From an uncultured Thermoleophilia bacterium (lineage in GTDB: Bacteria; Actinomycetota; Thermoleophilia; UBA2241), in NCBI GenBank assembly GCA_963715985.1, contig CAVQSP010000014.1, positions 480,001 to 544,000 of the forward strand: a DNA stretch of 64,000 nt. The letters run 5' to 3'. Both the position numbers and the translations under genes were made by a program. Below are positions 52,696-62,905 of the stretch, in pieces (the first letter of the stretch is position 1; every line of letters begins with the position of its first letter). A model generated the notes under the pieces. The model was not told the DNA's origin and made no database searches. It worked only from the letters and a program-made list of their open reading frames with translations.

Positions 52696-55327
52696 TCAGC
52701 TGTTACCTCCCTCGACCACCCAGCCGTTGAAGCGCAGACCGGCGCCGGGGTCGTATTCTCTCTCGAAGGCCTCGGGGTACTCCGAGCGCCAGTGCTCCCA
52801 CTCCTCGGGCTTGATCTTCTGCACGTCCGCGAGGTAGCCGCTGGTGGCCTGGCCGCAGGCGTTCTTGGATGTCAGACCGTGCGGGGCGATGGTGTTGATG
52901 GCGCCGCCGCGGTCGACCTTGCCGGGGATGATGGGGTCGTGCCGGGCGCCGTGGTCGATGTAGGCCACGCCCGCCATCATGCGCTCCCACACGCAGGCGC
53001 CGGCGAGCACGATGCCGCGCTCGTTGAAGATCTTGACGATCTCGCCGTGCTTGATGCCGCGCGCTTCCGCGTCCACCGGGTTCAGCCACACAGGCTCGTA
53101 GTTGTAGTTGTCCGGGCCGAGGACCTTGCCGGTCGGCGTCTCACGCGCCCACGTGCAGTCGTCGCCCTGGGCGTGCGTCCGCCAGCGGGGGTGGTTCGAC
53201 ATGAGGATGAGCGGGAACATGTCGGCGCGCTCGCTGGAGAGCCGCTCGTCGTGCGTGATGCCCTTCTCGATCCACTTGGGGATGCCGGGGCGCTCCCTGT
53301 CGTCGGGGAAGTGCGTGGCGAGCCGCTCGGAGTAGAACTCCAGCAGGCCCGACGGGGTCTTGAGCGGATGGTTCTCGGGGTCCTCGTAGAACTCACGCAG
53401 GCCCGGAGGATCCTGCTCCCAGTCCTCTGCGGTCGGGAAGACGCAGTACTGCTTCTCCTTGAACTCGTCCCAGGTCATGTACCGATCGACGTGCATGCAC
53501 TCGTAGATCTCCTTCTCGAGATCCTCGATCGTCTTGCCCTTGGTGACCTGCTCCGTCATGCCCAGCTTCTCGGCGACCGCAAGCACGATCTCGTAGTCGC
53601 TCTTGGATTCGCCGACCGGCTCGATCGCCTTCTCCTGCAGCATGCAGGTCTGGTACGGCGGTCCCTGCCGGACGTTGGTGAGGACGTCCTCGACCTCCAT
53701 CGTCGTGTTCGCCGGCAGGATGACGTCGGCGTACAGGCAGTCGTTCTCCAGCCACGGATGCTGCGCGACGCAGAACTCGATGCTCTCATCGCGGTGCGCC
53801 TCGATGGTCCAGTTGCCGTGGTTCCAGCAGGTGATGCGGCAGGGCGTGTCGGTCCAGATCATGTGGAGCCTGGTGCCGCCTTCTTCCGGCGGGTTCGGGA
53901 ACTGGTAGTCGATGAACTGGTCCTCCGTCTCGGCGTTCTGCGCGCCGGTGCCGGAGAAGTGGATGGTCTCGCTGTTGAGGATGGCCTCCTGGATCAGCGT
54001 CTTGGGGATGTTCTGCGTGCCCCAGGCGTCGACGCTGCTCTGCACGGGGATGCGCAGGCCGTGGCTGAGGGAGGGGTTGAAGTAGCGGAAGTTCTCCAGA
54101 GACTCGGCGCGAGGCATGCCGAAGTACGAGAACTGCCACTGGTGCACGCCGGGGCCGCCGAGGCCCTGCATGCCGAGCAGGATGCACTCGAGGCGGCCGG
54201 GCTCGTGCGAGTAGGGGCCGCGGACCATGGAGCCGCCGAAGTAGTGCAGGATCGAGGTGCACTGCTTGGCGAACTCGCGTGCGAGCGCCTTGATCGTCCA
54301 CTCGGGGATGGCGGTCTTCTTGGAGGCCCACTCCGGCGTCTTGGGGATGCCGTCCTCCTCGCCGAGCACGTAGGCGGCGACCTTGTCCATGCCGACGGCG
54401 TGGGTGGCCACGTAGTCCTTGTCCCACGTGTCCTCCTTGAGCCACACGTGGATGATCGCGAGCTGCAGCGCGGCGTCGGTGTTGGGGAGGATGGGGATCC
54501 ACTTGTCGGCGTGGACGGCAGCACCGAAGTTGAGCTCGGGGCAGATGTAGATCTGCTTGATCCCGACCTTGGTGAAGAAGTAGCTGATGTTGGTCGCGTT
54601 CTGCCCGGTGAAGCCCCACGGCGTGGTCTCGTCGTCGCAGCCCCACTTGAGCACCATGTCGCAGTGCTCGACGACGTCCTTCAGGACGTTCAGCTGGGGC
54701 GCCATCATGCCCTGGAAGCCGTGGCCCCAGACGTGCTTGGAGCCCCAGTACCAGCCCTCCCAGCTGTCCGGCTGGCGGACCTGCAGGGTGAAGCCGCCCA
54801 TCTCGTCGAGCAGGCGGGCGCTGTGGCCGTGCGGGGTGTGGATGGTCTTGCTCTCGCCGTGGCCGTCGCCCTGGACGAGGATCGCCGCCGGGCCCGTACT
54901 GCTTGTGGATCCGTGCGATCTCCTTGGCGATGATGTCCGTCGCCTCGTCCCAGGAGATGCGCACGTACTTGCTCTTGCCGCGGTTCTGCGGGTTGCGCTC
55001 GCCGTCGGGGTCCCAGTCGACGCGCTTGAGCGGGTATTTGACGCGGTTGGGTGAGTACGTGCGCTTCTTGTAGGCGGTCATGTAGGGCGCCGGGCGCGAC
55101 CGCATGCCCGGTTCCAGGGTCTCGCCGTTGCGCTCCAGCTTCCAGGGGCGGAAGCTCTCACCGTCGTACTTCCAGTCGAACTGGAACGGCCGGATGCGCA
55201 CGATCTTGCCGTCCTTGACGTCCACCATGACCTCGCCGGTGCCGCCGAGGAGGCCGCCCTGCGACAAGGCCCTGATGACGGTCTTGTCCGGGGTCACGTC
55301 GACCTTCTTGCGCTCTCTGTCTGTCAT
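52696..55327 (-). CDS. transhydroxylase-like Mo-bisPGD large subunit, paralog B (divergent; frameshift near 54890)
   Basis: VDVKDGKIVRIRP, YSPNRVKYPLKRVDWDP.GERNPQNRG, QGDGHGE, RQPDSWEGWYWG, TPSGLLEF.S, SNHPRWR.H. Confidence 0.85.
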
Positions 55328-55376
55328 CTCGATCGCTGTCCTTTCGCCATCGTCGAAGGGGCCCTGAGGAGGCACA

Positions 55377-56234
55377 TCAATCAGGTGACACGGAAGACGG
55401 CCGGGATGGGTTCCAGCCGAGGTAGGCGGAGAGCGAGGCGGCCGCGCTCTTGACGGCGCGCGTGCAGAGCTCGCGTTCGTCGGGGCCGAAGCGCCCGGTG
55501 GGCATGACCACGGACATCGCGGCGACAACGTTGCCGAGCTGGTCGCGGACGGGCGCGCCGACCGCACAGATGCTGGGGAAGAGCCCCTCCACGTCGTAGG
55601 CCACGTCGTCCTCGACGACGCGGTCGAGCTCGTTCGCGAGCGCCTCGGGGTCGGTGACCGTATACGGCGTGTGCCGGCGCCGCGCCTGTGCCAGCACTTC
55701 GGCGCGCTTCTCCGGCGGAGCGAAGGCGGTGAAGATCTTGCCGTGCACGGAAGCGAGGTCGCCGATGATGCGCCCCGGGGCGACGTCGCGCTTGAAGGGT
55801 CGTGCGGAGTCGATGTTGGCAACACTCACGGGCGTGCCGTCCACCGGCACCGCCAGAGTGACCGACTCGCCGGTCTCATCGAGAAGCTGCTGCAGGAACG
55901 GGCGCGCGTGCTCCACGAACTCGGAGTAGTCCTCGACCACGTAGGCCATGGCGATGGTGGCGGGGCCGAGGTGGTACTGGTTGGTCGTGGTGTCGCGGAC
56001 CAGGAACTCTGCGGCCTCCAGCGTGCGGACCATGCGATACACGGTCATGCGCAGGAGGCCGGTGCGGGCGGCCATCTCGTCGATGGTCCACTCACGACGG
56101 TCCACGTCGAACAGCGAGAGGATAGAGAGGCCGCGCGCGAGAGCGCGCACGGTGAGCGGGTCGGTCTCGGCCGGTCTGTCGTGCACGCCGCCGGCCTGAC
56201 CGCCATCGCGAGCCTGTGCTGCGGTGGTCGTCAT
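55377..56234 (-). CDS. IclR-family transcriptional regulator (paralog 3)
   Basis: RALARGL.IL, WTIDEM, TGESVTL, GRIIGD.ASVHGK, APVRDQ, PTGRFG. Confidence 0.9.
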   Translation of the reverse strand: MTTTAAQARDGGQAGGVHDRPAETDPLTVRALARGLSILSLFDVDRREWTIDEMAARTGLLRMTVYRMVRTLEAAEFLVRDTTTNQYHLGPATIAMAYVVEDYSEFVEHARPFLQQLLDETGESVTLAVPVDGTPVSVANIDSARPFKRDVAPGRIIGDLASVHGKIFTAFAPPEKRAEVLAQARRRHTPYTVTDPEALANELDRVVEDDVAYDVEGLFPSICAVGAPVRDQLGNVVAAMSVVMPTGRFGPDERELCTRAVKSAAASLSAYLGWNPSRPSSVSPD

Positions 56235-56289
56235 GCCATCCCCCTTGTCGGACCCCGATGCCTCTTGCCTGGCGCCGTTGCACAGGAGT

Positions 56290-56339
56290 ACGATATTCGC
56301 GTTGCTATCAGACGATATCAGCGTTTTGACGATATGCAA
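56290..56339. promoter_or_regulatory. AT-rich divergent promoter region with three ACGATAT half-sites
   Basis: ACGATAT at 56290, 56312 and 56329; minus-strand TTGCAT-16 nt-TATCGT. Confidence 0.5.
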
Positions 56340-56418
56340 GGTGTCTGGTCGTTCGGCGTCGCCCGGCGGGGGTCATGGCCGCGGCAGCGCTCCACGGGAG
56401 CCGGTGGGAGGTCGCCCA

Positions 56419-58947
56419 ATGAGTGAACAGGTCTTCACCAATCTGACGAACTGCGGGCCGGTGTCCGTGTACGTCAGGGACGGGGTGGTCACACGGATCC
56501 TGCCGCTCGTGGCGGACGAGGCCGACTTCCGGCCCTGGACGATCGAGGCGGGGGGCAAGCAGTACTCCCCGCCGAAGAAGTTCAACCTGGCGCCGATGGT
56601 GCACGCCGAGCGTCGGCGCCTCTATTCGGACGAGCGCATCAAGTACCCGATGAAGCGCGTCGACTTCGACCCGAACGGCGAGCGTAACCCCCAGAACCGC
56701 GGCAAGTCGGCGTACGAGCGCATCTCCTGGGACGAGGCGCTCGACATCGTCTCGGGGGAGATCGCGCGCGTGAAGAACGAGTACGGCAGCTCGGCCATCA
56801 GCGGCATGACCTCGTCGCATCACAACTGGGGCATCGTCGGCTACAAGATGGGCCCGTTCATGCGCTTCATGAACTGCCTCGAGGCCACCCCGGTCTTCGA
56901 CAACCCGGACAGCTGGGAGGGGTGGCACTGGGGCGCCACGCACACCTACGGCTTCTACTGGCGCCTTGGCATGCCCGAGCCGTTCGACAATCTGCAGGAC
57001 GTGCTCAAGAACTCCGAGATGATCGTCCTCTGGTCGAACGACCCCGATACCACGCGCGGCACCTACTCGGGCCAGGAGTCGGCCATCTGGCGCACGTGGC
57101 TCAAGGAGAAGGGCGTCCCCACAGTCTTCATCGATCCCTTCCACAACTACACGAACGCGCTCTTCGACGAGGGCAAGTGGATCGCCCCGCGTATGGGCAC
57201 CGACACGGCGCTGGCGATGGCGATCGCCTACGTGTGGATCACCGAGGACACGTACGACAAGGAGTACGTCGCCGACCGCACCATCGGCTTCGACGAGTTC
57301 AAGCCGTACGTGCTCGGCGAGACGGACGGCGTGCCCAAGACGCCGGAGTGGGCGGCCGAGGAGTCCGGCGTCGAGGCGCGCGTCATCCGCACGCTGGCGC
57401 GGGAGTGGGCCGGCAAGCGCACCGCCCTCGCGGCCGGCGCGCGGGGCGGCGAGGGCAGCGCGTGCCGGACCGCCTACGGCACCGAGTGGGCGCGGATGAT
57501 GGTGCTCCTCCAGGCCATGCAGGGTCTGGGCAAGCCGGGCATCACCATCGGCGGGATCTCGATGGGCGCTCCGGCGGACTTCGAGACCTGGTTCCCGGCC
57601 TACGCCGAGCCGCAGGGGCGCATGTCCCACTCGACGAAGGCGGCCGACTACATCCCGAAGAACTCCACGAAGCAGAGGCTGTGGCGGCTCACGGTGCCGG
57701 ACGCCATCCTGGATCCTCCCGTGGAGTGGGACGGCGCCGGCTTCTGCGGGCAGTCGCTCGAGCAGCAGTTCGAGCACTTCGTGTATCCGGCCGAGGGCTG
57801 CTCCGAGATCAAGCTCTGGTACCGCTACGGCGGCTCCTTCATGGGCACCATGTCCGACACCACCAAGTGGGTGCGCATGTACCAGAGCCCCAAGCTCGAG
57901 TTCGTCGTCAACCAGGACGTGTGGTTCAACAGCGAGACGCGTATGGCCGACGTCATCTTGCCGGCCTGCAGCAACTTCGAGCGCGACGACCTCGGCGAGT
58001 TCGCCGCCTGCGGCGGCTACACCACGAACTCGCACTCGGGCAACAACTACCGCGTCATCGTGCGTGAGCAGAAGTGCATCGAGCCCCTCTGGGAGTCCAA
58101 GTCCGACTACCAGATCCTCGCTGCCCTTTCCGAGCGGCTCGGCATCTACGACGAGTTCACGGACGGCGGCAAGACCGAGATCGACTGGGCCAAGGCGTTC
58201 TACGACTGCTCCGACCTGGCCAAGGTGCTCGACTGGGAGACCTTCGACAAGAAGGGCTACCACATCATCAACGCCCCCGAGGACTACGAGCCCAAGCCGT
58301 GCCTGCGCTGGTTCGCGGAGGGCCGCGCCTGCGACACGCCCGACACCGGCAACCCGAAGCGCGGCACCGACAAGGCGCACGAGCTCGGCACCTACAGCGG
58401 CAAGATCGAGTTCTCGTCCGAGAGCCTCAAGGCTCACTTCCCGGACGACCAGGAGCGGCCTGTCTCTCCCCGGTACATCGAGAGCTGGGAGGGCCATCAC
58501 ACGACCGAGCTCATCGAGAAGTACCCGCTGCAGCTCATGTCGCCGCATCCGCGCTTCTCGTTCCACTGCCACTACGACAAGCACACCGACTGGCTCGACG
58601 ACATCCCCGTCCACCGCATCAAGAAGGACGGCTACGCGTGGTGGCCGGTGCGCATGAGCCCGGCGGACGCGGACGCGCGCGGCATCCGCAACGGCGACAT
58701 CGTGCGCCTGTACAACGACCGCGCGTCCGTGCTCTGCTGCGCGGTCGTCACCGAGCGGATCCGCCCGGGCATCGTGCACAGCTACGCGTCGTCGGCCAAG
58801 TACGACCCGCTCGAGCCCGGCAAGGCCGACTCGGTCGACAAGGGCGGGTGCGTGAACATGCTGACGCCGTCGCGGATGGTCAGCCGGCACGCCCCGGGCA
58901 TGACGCCCAACTCGTGTCTCATCGACATCGCGAAGTGGGAGGGCTGA
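56419..58947 (+). CDS. transhydroxylase-like Mo-bisPGD large subunit, paralog C (intact ORF)
   Basis: GPVSVYVRDG, SSHHNWGIVGY, DNPDSWEGWHWG, ACRTAYGTEWAR, FPAYAEP, AACGGY, SPHPRFSFH. Confidence 0.9.
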   Translation: MSEQVFTNLTNCGPVSVYVRDGVVTRILPLVADEADFRPWTIEAGGKQYSPPKKFNLAPMVHAERRRLYSDERIKYPMKRVDFDPNGERNPQNRGKSAYERISWDEALDIVSGEIARVKNEYGSSAISGMTSSHHNWGIVGYKMGPFMRFMNCLEATPVFDNPDSWEGWHWGATHTYGFYWRLGMPEPFDNLQDVLKNSEMIVLWSNDPDTTRGTYSGQESAIWRTWLKEKGVPTVFIDPFHNYTNALFDEGKWIAPRMGTDTALAMAIAYVWITEDTYDKEYVADRTIGFDEFKPYVLGETDGVPKTPEWAAEESGVEARVIRTLAREWAGKRTALAAGARGGEGSACRTAYGTEWARMMVLLQAMQGLGKPGITIGGISMGAPADFETWFPAYAEPQGRMSHSTKAADYIPKNSTKQRLWRLTVPDAILDPPVEWDGAGFCGQSLEQQFEHFVYPAEGCSEIKLWYRYGGSFMGTMSDTTKWVRMYQSPKLEFVVNQDVWFNSETRMADVILPACSNFERDDLGEFAACGGYTTNSHSGNNYRVIVREQKCIEPLWESKSDYQILAALSERLGIYDEFTDGGKTEIDWAKAFYDCSDLAKVLDWETFDKKGYHIINAPEDYEPKPCLRWFAEGRACDTPDTGNPKRGTDKAHELGTYSGKIEFSSESLKAHFPDDQERPVSPRYIESWEGHHTTELIEKYPLQLMSPHPRFSFHCHYDKHTDWLDDIPVHRIKKDGYAWWPVRMSPADADARGIRNGDIVRLYNDRASVLCCAVVTERIRPGIVHSYASSAKYDPLEPGKADSVDKGGCVNMLTPSRMVSRHAPGMTPNSCLIDIAKWEG

Positions 58948-58951
58948 TCAG

Positions 58952-59780
58952 ATGCGCCTCGGCATGCTCATAGACGTCACCAGGTGCAGCGGCTGCCACA
59001 ACTGCTTCCTGGCCTGTCGTGACGAACACTACGGCAACGAGTACCCCGGCTACTCCGCGGCCCAGCCCCTGAACGGCCAGTTCTGGATGCAGGTCAGGGA
59101 GGTCGAGGGCGGCAAGTACCCGCGGCCCCGGCTCAACTACATCGCCATCCCCTGCCAGCACTGCCGGAACGCGCCGTGCCTCGACGCCGCCAAGGACGGC
59201 GCGGTGTATCGCCGCGAGGACGGGATCGTGATGATCGATCCCGAGAAGGCGAAGGGGCAGGACCAGATCGTGGCCTCCTGCCCCTACCGCGTCATCTACT
59301 GGAACGCCGAGCTGGAACTGCCGCAGAAGTGCGGCCTCTGCGCCCAGCGTCTCGACAGCCGGCGACAGGCAGCCGCGTTGCGTGGAGTCGTGCCCGACGG
59401 GTGCGATGGCGTACGGCGACCTCGACGATCCCGGGTCCGAGATCGCCAAGCGCCTCGAGGAAGTCTCGTCCGAGGTCCTGCATCCCGAGTACGGGACGGA
59501 TCCTCTGGTGACCTACGCCGGCCTCCCGGGCCGCATGGTCGCCGGCGAGGTCGTGCTCGAGGGCAGCGACGTCTGCGCCGAGGGCGTCAAGGTCACGCTC
59601 CAGGGCGACGGGGTCTCCCTGGAGACGGCGTCGAGGACGTTCGGCGACTTCGCCTTCGAGCGCCTGCCGCAGAGCAAGGCGTTCACGGTCACCGTCGCCG
59701 CCGACGGCTTCACGCCGCAGGTGTTCGACGTGAAGACGCACACCGACGTCGATCTCGGCGAGGTCGTGCTGACGAAGTAA
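58952..59780 (+). CDS. transhydroxylase small subunit-like (PgtS/BthL) Fe-S protein (frameshift near 59362)
   Basis: CSGCHNCFLACRDEH, CQHCRNAPC, AKGQDQIVASCPY (one cluster motif degenerate, as recalled for BthL), KCGLC, FGDF.FE domain, DLGEV.L. Confidence 0.85.
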
Positions 59781-59803
59781 GGGCGCTATCAAGGTGCGCC
59801 GCT

Positions 59804-59856
59804 GAGGCGGCGGGCGTGGCGGGAGTGCACGACGTCCCCGCCGCGCCCGCCGCCTC
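59804..59856. terminator. hairpin between convergent genes
   Basis: GAGGCGGCGGGCGTGGCGGG...CCCGCCGCGCCCGCCGCCTC. Confidence 0.55.
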
Positions 59857-59862
59857 GGTGGT

Positions 59863-60594
59863 TCAGGTGGCGCTCGCGCCCAGCCCCGAAGCCTCGAGGG
59901 CGCGGGTCATCAGCTGCCGGACCCTGCACACGTGCGACACGGCGGCAGCGGCGGCGCGCCCGGGGTCCTGCTCGCGGATCGCGGCCACGATCTGCTCGTG
60001 CGTGGCGAAGACGTCGTCCTCGGAGCTGTCGAGGAGCTCTTCGTCCACGGGCAGGAAGAGGTCGGCGCGCACCGCGTTCATGGCCAGCGCCAGACGCGAG
60101 CTGTGGGCGGCGCGGGCGATGCTGCGGTGGATGCCGGCATCCGCCTGGAAGAGCGAGGCGCGGCGGCGGTTGTCGCGCTCCTCGGCGAGGGCGCGCTCGA
60201 TGTCGTCGAGCTCTGCCTCCGTGCGGCGCTCCGCGGCCAGCTCGGCGAGCCGGCTCTCGATGGTGATGCGGAACTCGAAGATGTCGTCGAGCTCGCGGCG
60301 GTGCAGGGCCATCCACTGGTCCCAGCACTTCTGCAGAGCCTGCACGTCGCTCACACGCGAGCCGCCGTGGGCGCCGCGCGTGGTCACGAGGTAGCCGGTG
60401 CTCTCCAGCGACTTGAGCGCAAGGCGGAGGGTGACGCGTGAGATCCCCAGGCGCGCGGCCAGTTCGGTGGCAGGGGGGAGGCGGTCGCCCGGGCCCAGCT
60501 CGCCCCAGAAGATGAGGGCGCGCACGTAGCGCTCGGCGCTCTCGCTGGCCGTGCCGGGGGTGAGAGACATGTCGTCGAAGCTCTGTTCGCTCAT
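59863..60594 (-). CDS. GntR/FadR-family regulator
   Basis: GDRLPP..ELA..LGISR.TLR.AL..LE..G...T.RG..GG HTH; FCD domain (EFR..IE, D..IH, H.QI). Confidence 0.9.
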   Translation of the reverse strand: MSEQSFDDMSLTPGTASESAERYVRALIFWGELGPGDRLPPATELAARLGISRVTLRLALKSLESTGYLVTTRGAHGGSRVSDVQALQKCWDQWMALHRRELDDIFEFRITIESRLAELAAERRTEAELDDIERALAEERDNRRRASLFQADAGIHRSIARAAHSSRLALAMNAVRADLFLPVDEELLDSSEDDVFATHEQIVAAIREQDPGRAAAAAVSHVCRVRQLMTRALEASGLGASAT

Positions 60595-60634
60595 GCCACC
60601 GAGTCCGTTCGTGTACGGCGTGATTGTAGCAGGC

Positions 60635-60662
60635 TTGACATGAATATCTAAATGGCTACCAT
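60635..60662 (+). promoter_or_regulatory. promoter with overlapping FadR-like palindrome ATGG-CTA-CCAT
   Basis: TTGACA(60635)-16 nt-TACCAT(60657); palindrome at 60652-60662 next to divergent FadR. Confidence 0.55.
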
Positions 60663-60716
60663 CTATACAATTCAACGGGATCCCGGCAGCCCGCCGGGGT
60701 GATGAGAGGAGCCGCG

Positions 60717-62905
60717 ATGCCCGCCGACGTCCACGATGCGCGCGAGGTCGCGGCAGGCATCGTCGAGGGGGCGCTCAGGGCGGGTCGGCCGGCCCTCGAT
60801 GAGGCGGCCGCCAAGCAGGTCCTGGCCGCCTACGGCATACCCGTTCCGGCCGGCGGTGTCGTGCATTCGGCGCCGGAGGCGGTCGACCTGGCCGCAGCGC
60901 TGGGCGGGCCGGTGGCTCTGAAGGCCGCCGGCGCCCTCATCCAGCACAAGACGGAGGCCGGCCTGGTCCTGCTCGACCTGCGCACGCCCGACGAAGTCGG
61001 CGCCGGCTACGCGATCCTCGCGGAGCGCGGCGGCGACGCTCTGGAGGGCGTGCTCGTGGAGCAGATGGTGGCCGGCAGCCGCGAGTTCCTGATCGGCATG
61101 AAGCGCGACGCCGCCTTCGGTCCCGTAGTGACGTTCGGCCTGGGCGGGACCATGACCGAGGTGTTCCGCGACATCGTTCTGGCGATCCCCCCTGTCGCTG
61201 ACGACGATGTCGCGGAGCTCCTCGGCCTCATCAAGTCCAGGGCGCTGCTCGGCAACTTTCGCGGGCAGCCGGCCGTGGACCGCGACAAGCTCGTCGCGAT
61301 CTTCCAGGCCGTCGCGCGCCTCGCCGCCGAGCAGCCGCGCATCGCGGAGATCGACGTGAACCCGCTGCTCATCGCCGGCGACTCGCCGGTGGCCGCGGAC
61401 GCGCTGATCGTGCTCGGGGCGGAGGCGCGCGCAGGTGCCGGCGCACAGGGCGTTCACCCCCGACCTGGAGGCCGTGCTGGCGCCCCGGTCTGTCGCCATC
61501 GTCGGCGCCTCCGACGACGTCGTGAAGTGGGGAGGGTCGGCGCTCAAGAACATCATGGCCGGCGGGTTCGAGGGAGCCATCTACCCGATCCACCCCAAGG
61601 GCGGCGAGTTCTTCGGCTTGCCCGTGTATCCGAGTCTCGCCGACACGCCCGAGCCGCCGGACATGGCGCTGCTCGCCGTCGGCGCCGCTCGCGTCCCCGA
61701 CATGGTCGCGGAGTGCGGCGCCAGGGGCGTGCGGTCCGCCGTCGCCATCGCCGCCGGCTTCGCCGAGACGGGGGAGGCCGGGGAGGAGGCCGAGCGGACG
61801 CTGGCCCAGACGGCCGACGAGGCCGGCGTGACGCTCATCGGCCCCAACTGCATGGGCATCATCGCCAACGCCACCAGCTTGCACGCGACCGGCTTCATCG
61901 CCCTGCACCCCCGCCCCGGCAAGCTCGCCATCGTCTCCCAGTCCGGCAACCTCGGCGTCCAGCTGACGGAGCTCGCCGACCGTAGGGACGTGGGCGTACG
62001 CTGCTTCATCGGCGTCGGCAACGAGGCGCAGGTGAGCGCCGTGGACGTGGTCGACTACCTGTCGCGCGACGACGGCACGGCCTCCGTACTCATGTATCTC
62101 GAGGGCATCGACGACGGCCGTCAGCTGCTCGACGTGGCGCGAGCGACCGGCCGGAAGAAGCCGGTCGTCGTGCTGCGGGGCGGCCTCACGGAGCACGGGG
62201 GCAAGGCCGCCGCGTCGCACACCGGCGCCATGGCCGGTTCCGCGGCCGTCTTCGAGGCCGCGGCGCGCCAGGCCGGCCTCGTCACCTGCACCTCGGTACA
62301 GGAAGCGCTCGACCTGACGATCTGTCTTGCGCACCTCCCGCTGCCCAGAGGCCGCCGCATGGCCATCGTCACCAACGGTGGCGGCGCCGGCGTCCTCGCC
62401 GCCGATGAGATGTCTCGCCACGAGCTCATGCTCGTCGACCCCCCGCAGGAACTGCTGGACGAGCTCGACACCATCCTGCCGCCGTTCTGGAGCCGCCGGA
62501 ACCCGATCGACATGGTGGCCATGGCCGGCGGCGACGTCGCCCATCGCGTGCTCTCGGCGGTCGCCAAGAGCCCGGCTGTGGACGGCATCGTCGTCCTCTC
62601 GGTCCTCGGCGTGCCCAACACGGGTGACGAGGTGCGCTCCCAGAGCCTCACCGGCGACTACGACGACTTCAGCCCCTGGGAGAAGACGCTACCTCGACCT
62701 CGTCGCCGACCTCATGCGCGAGACCGGCAAGCCCATCATCAACGTCCCCGACCTGCCCCTGCGCCGGGCGCTTCACGCCGGCGACCACCTGTACACTCCC
62801 GTCGTGGTGTCCACGCCGCGCAACGCCGCGCTCGTTCTCGCGCGTATGGCGAGCTATGGCGCCTGGCGCCACGACACGAATCCGCGACCGAAGGATCCCG
62901 CATGA
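60717..62905 (+). CDS. ADP-forming acyl-CoA synthetase, beta(ATP-grasp)-alpha fusion (frameshifts near 61450 and 62688)
   Basis: AYGIPV, HKTEAG, FGPVV.FGLGG, EIDVNP; then SVAIVGAS, AGFAE, IGPNCMG, SQSG, phospho-His AASHTGA, NP.D. Confidence 0.88.
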
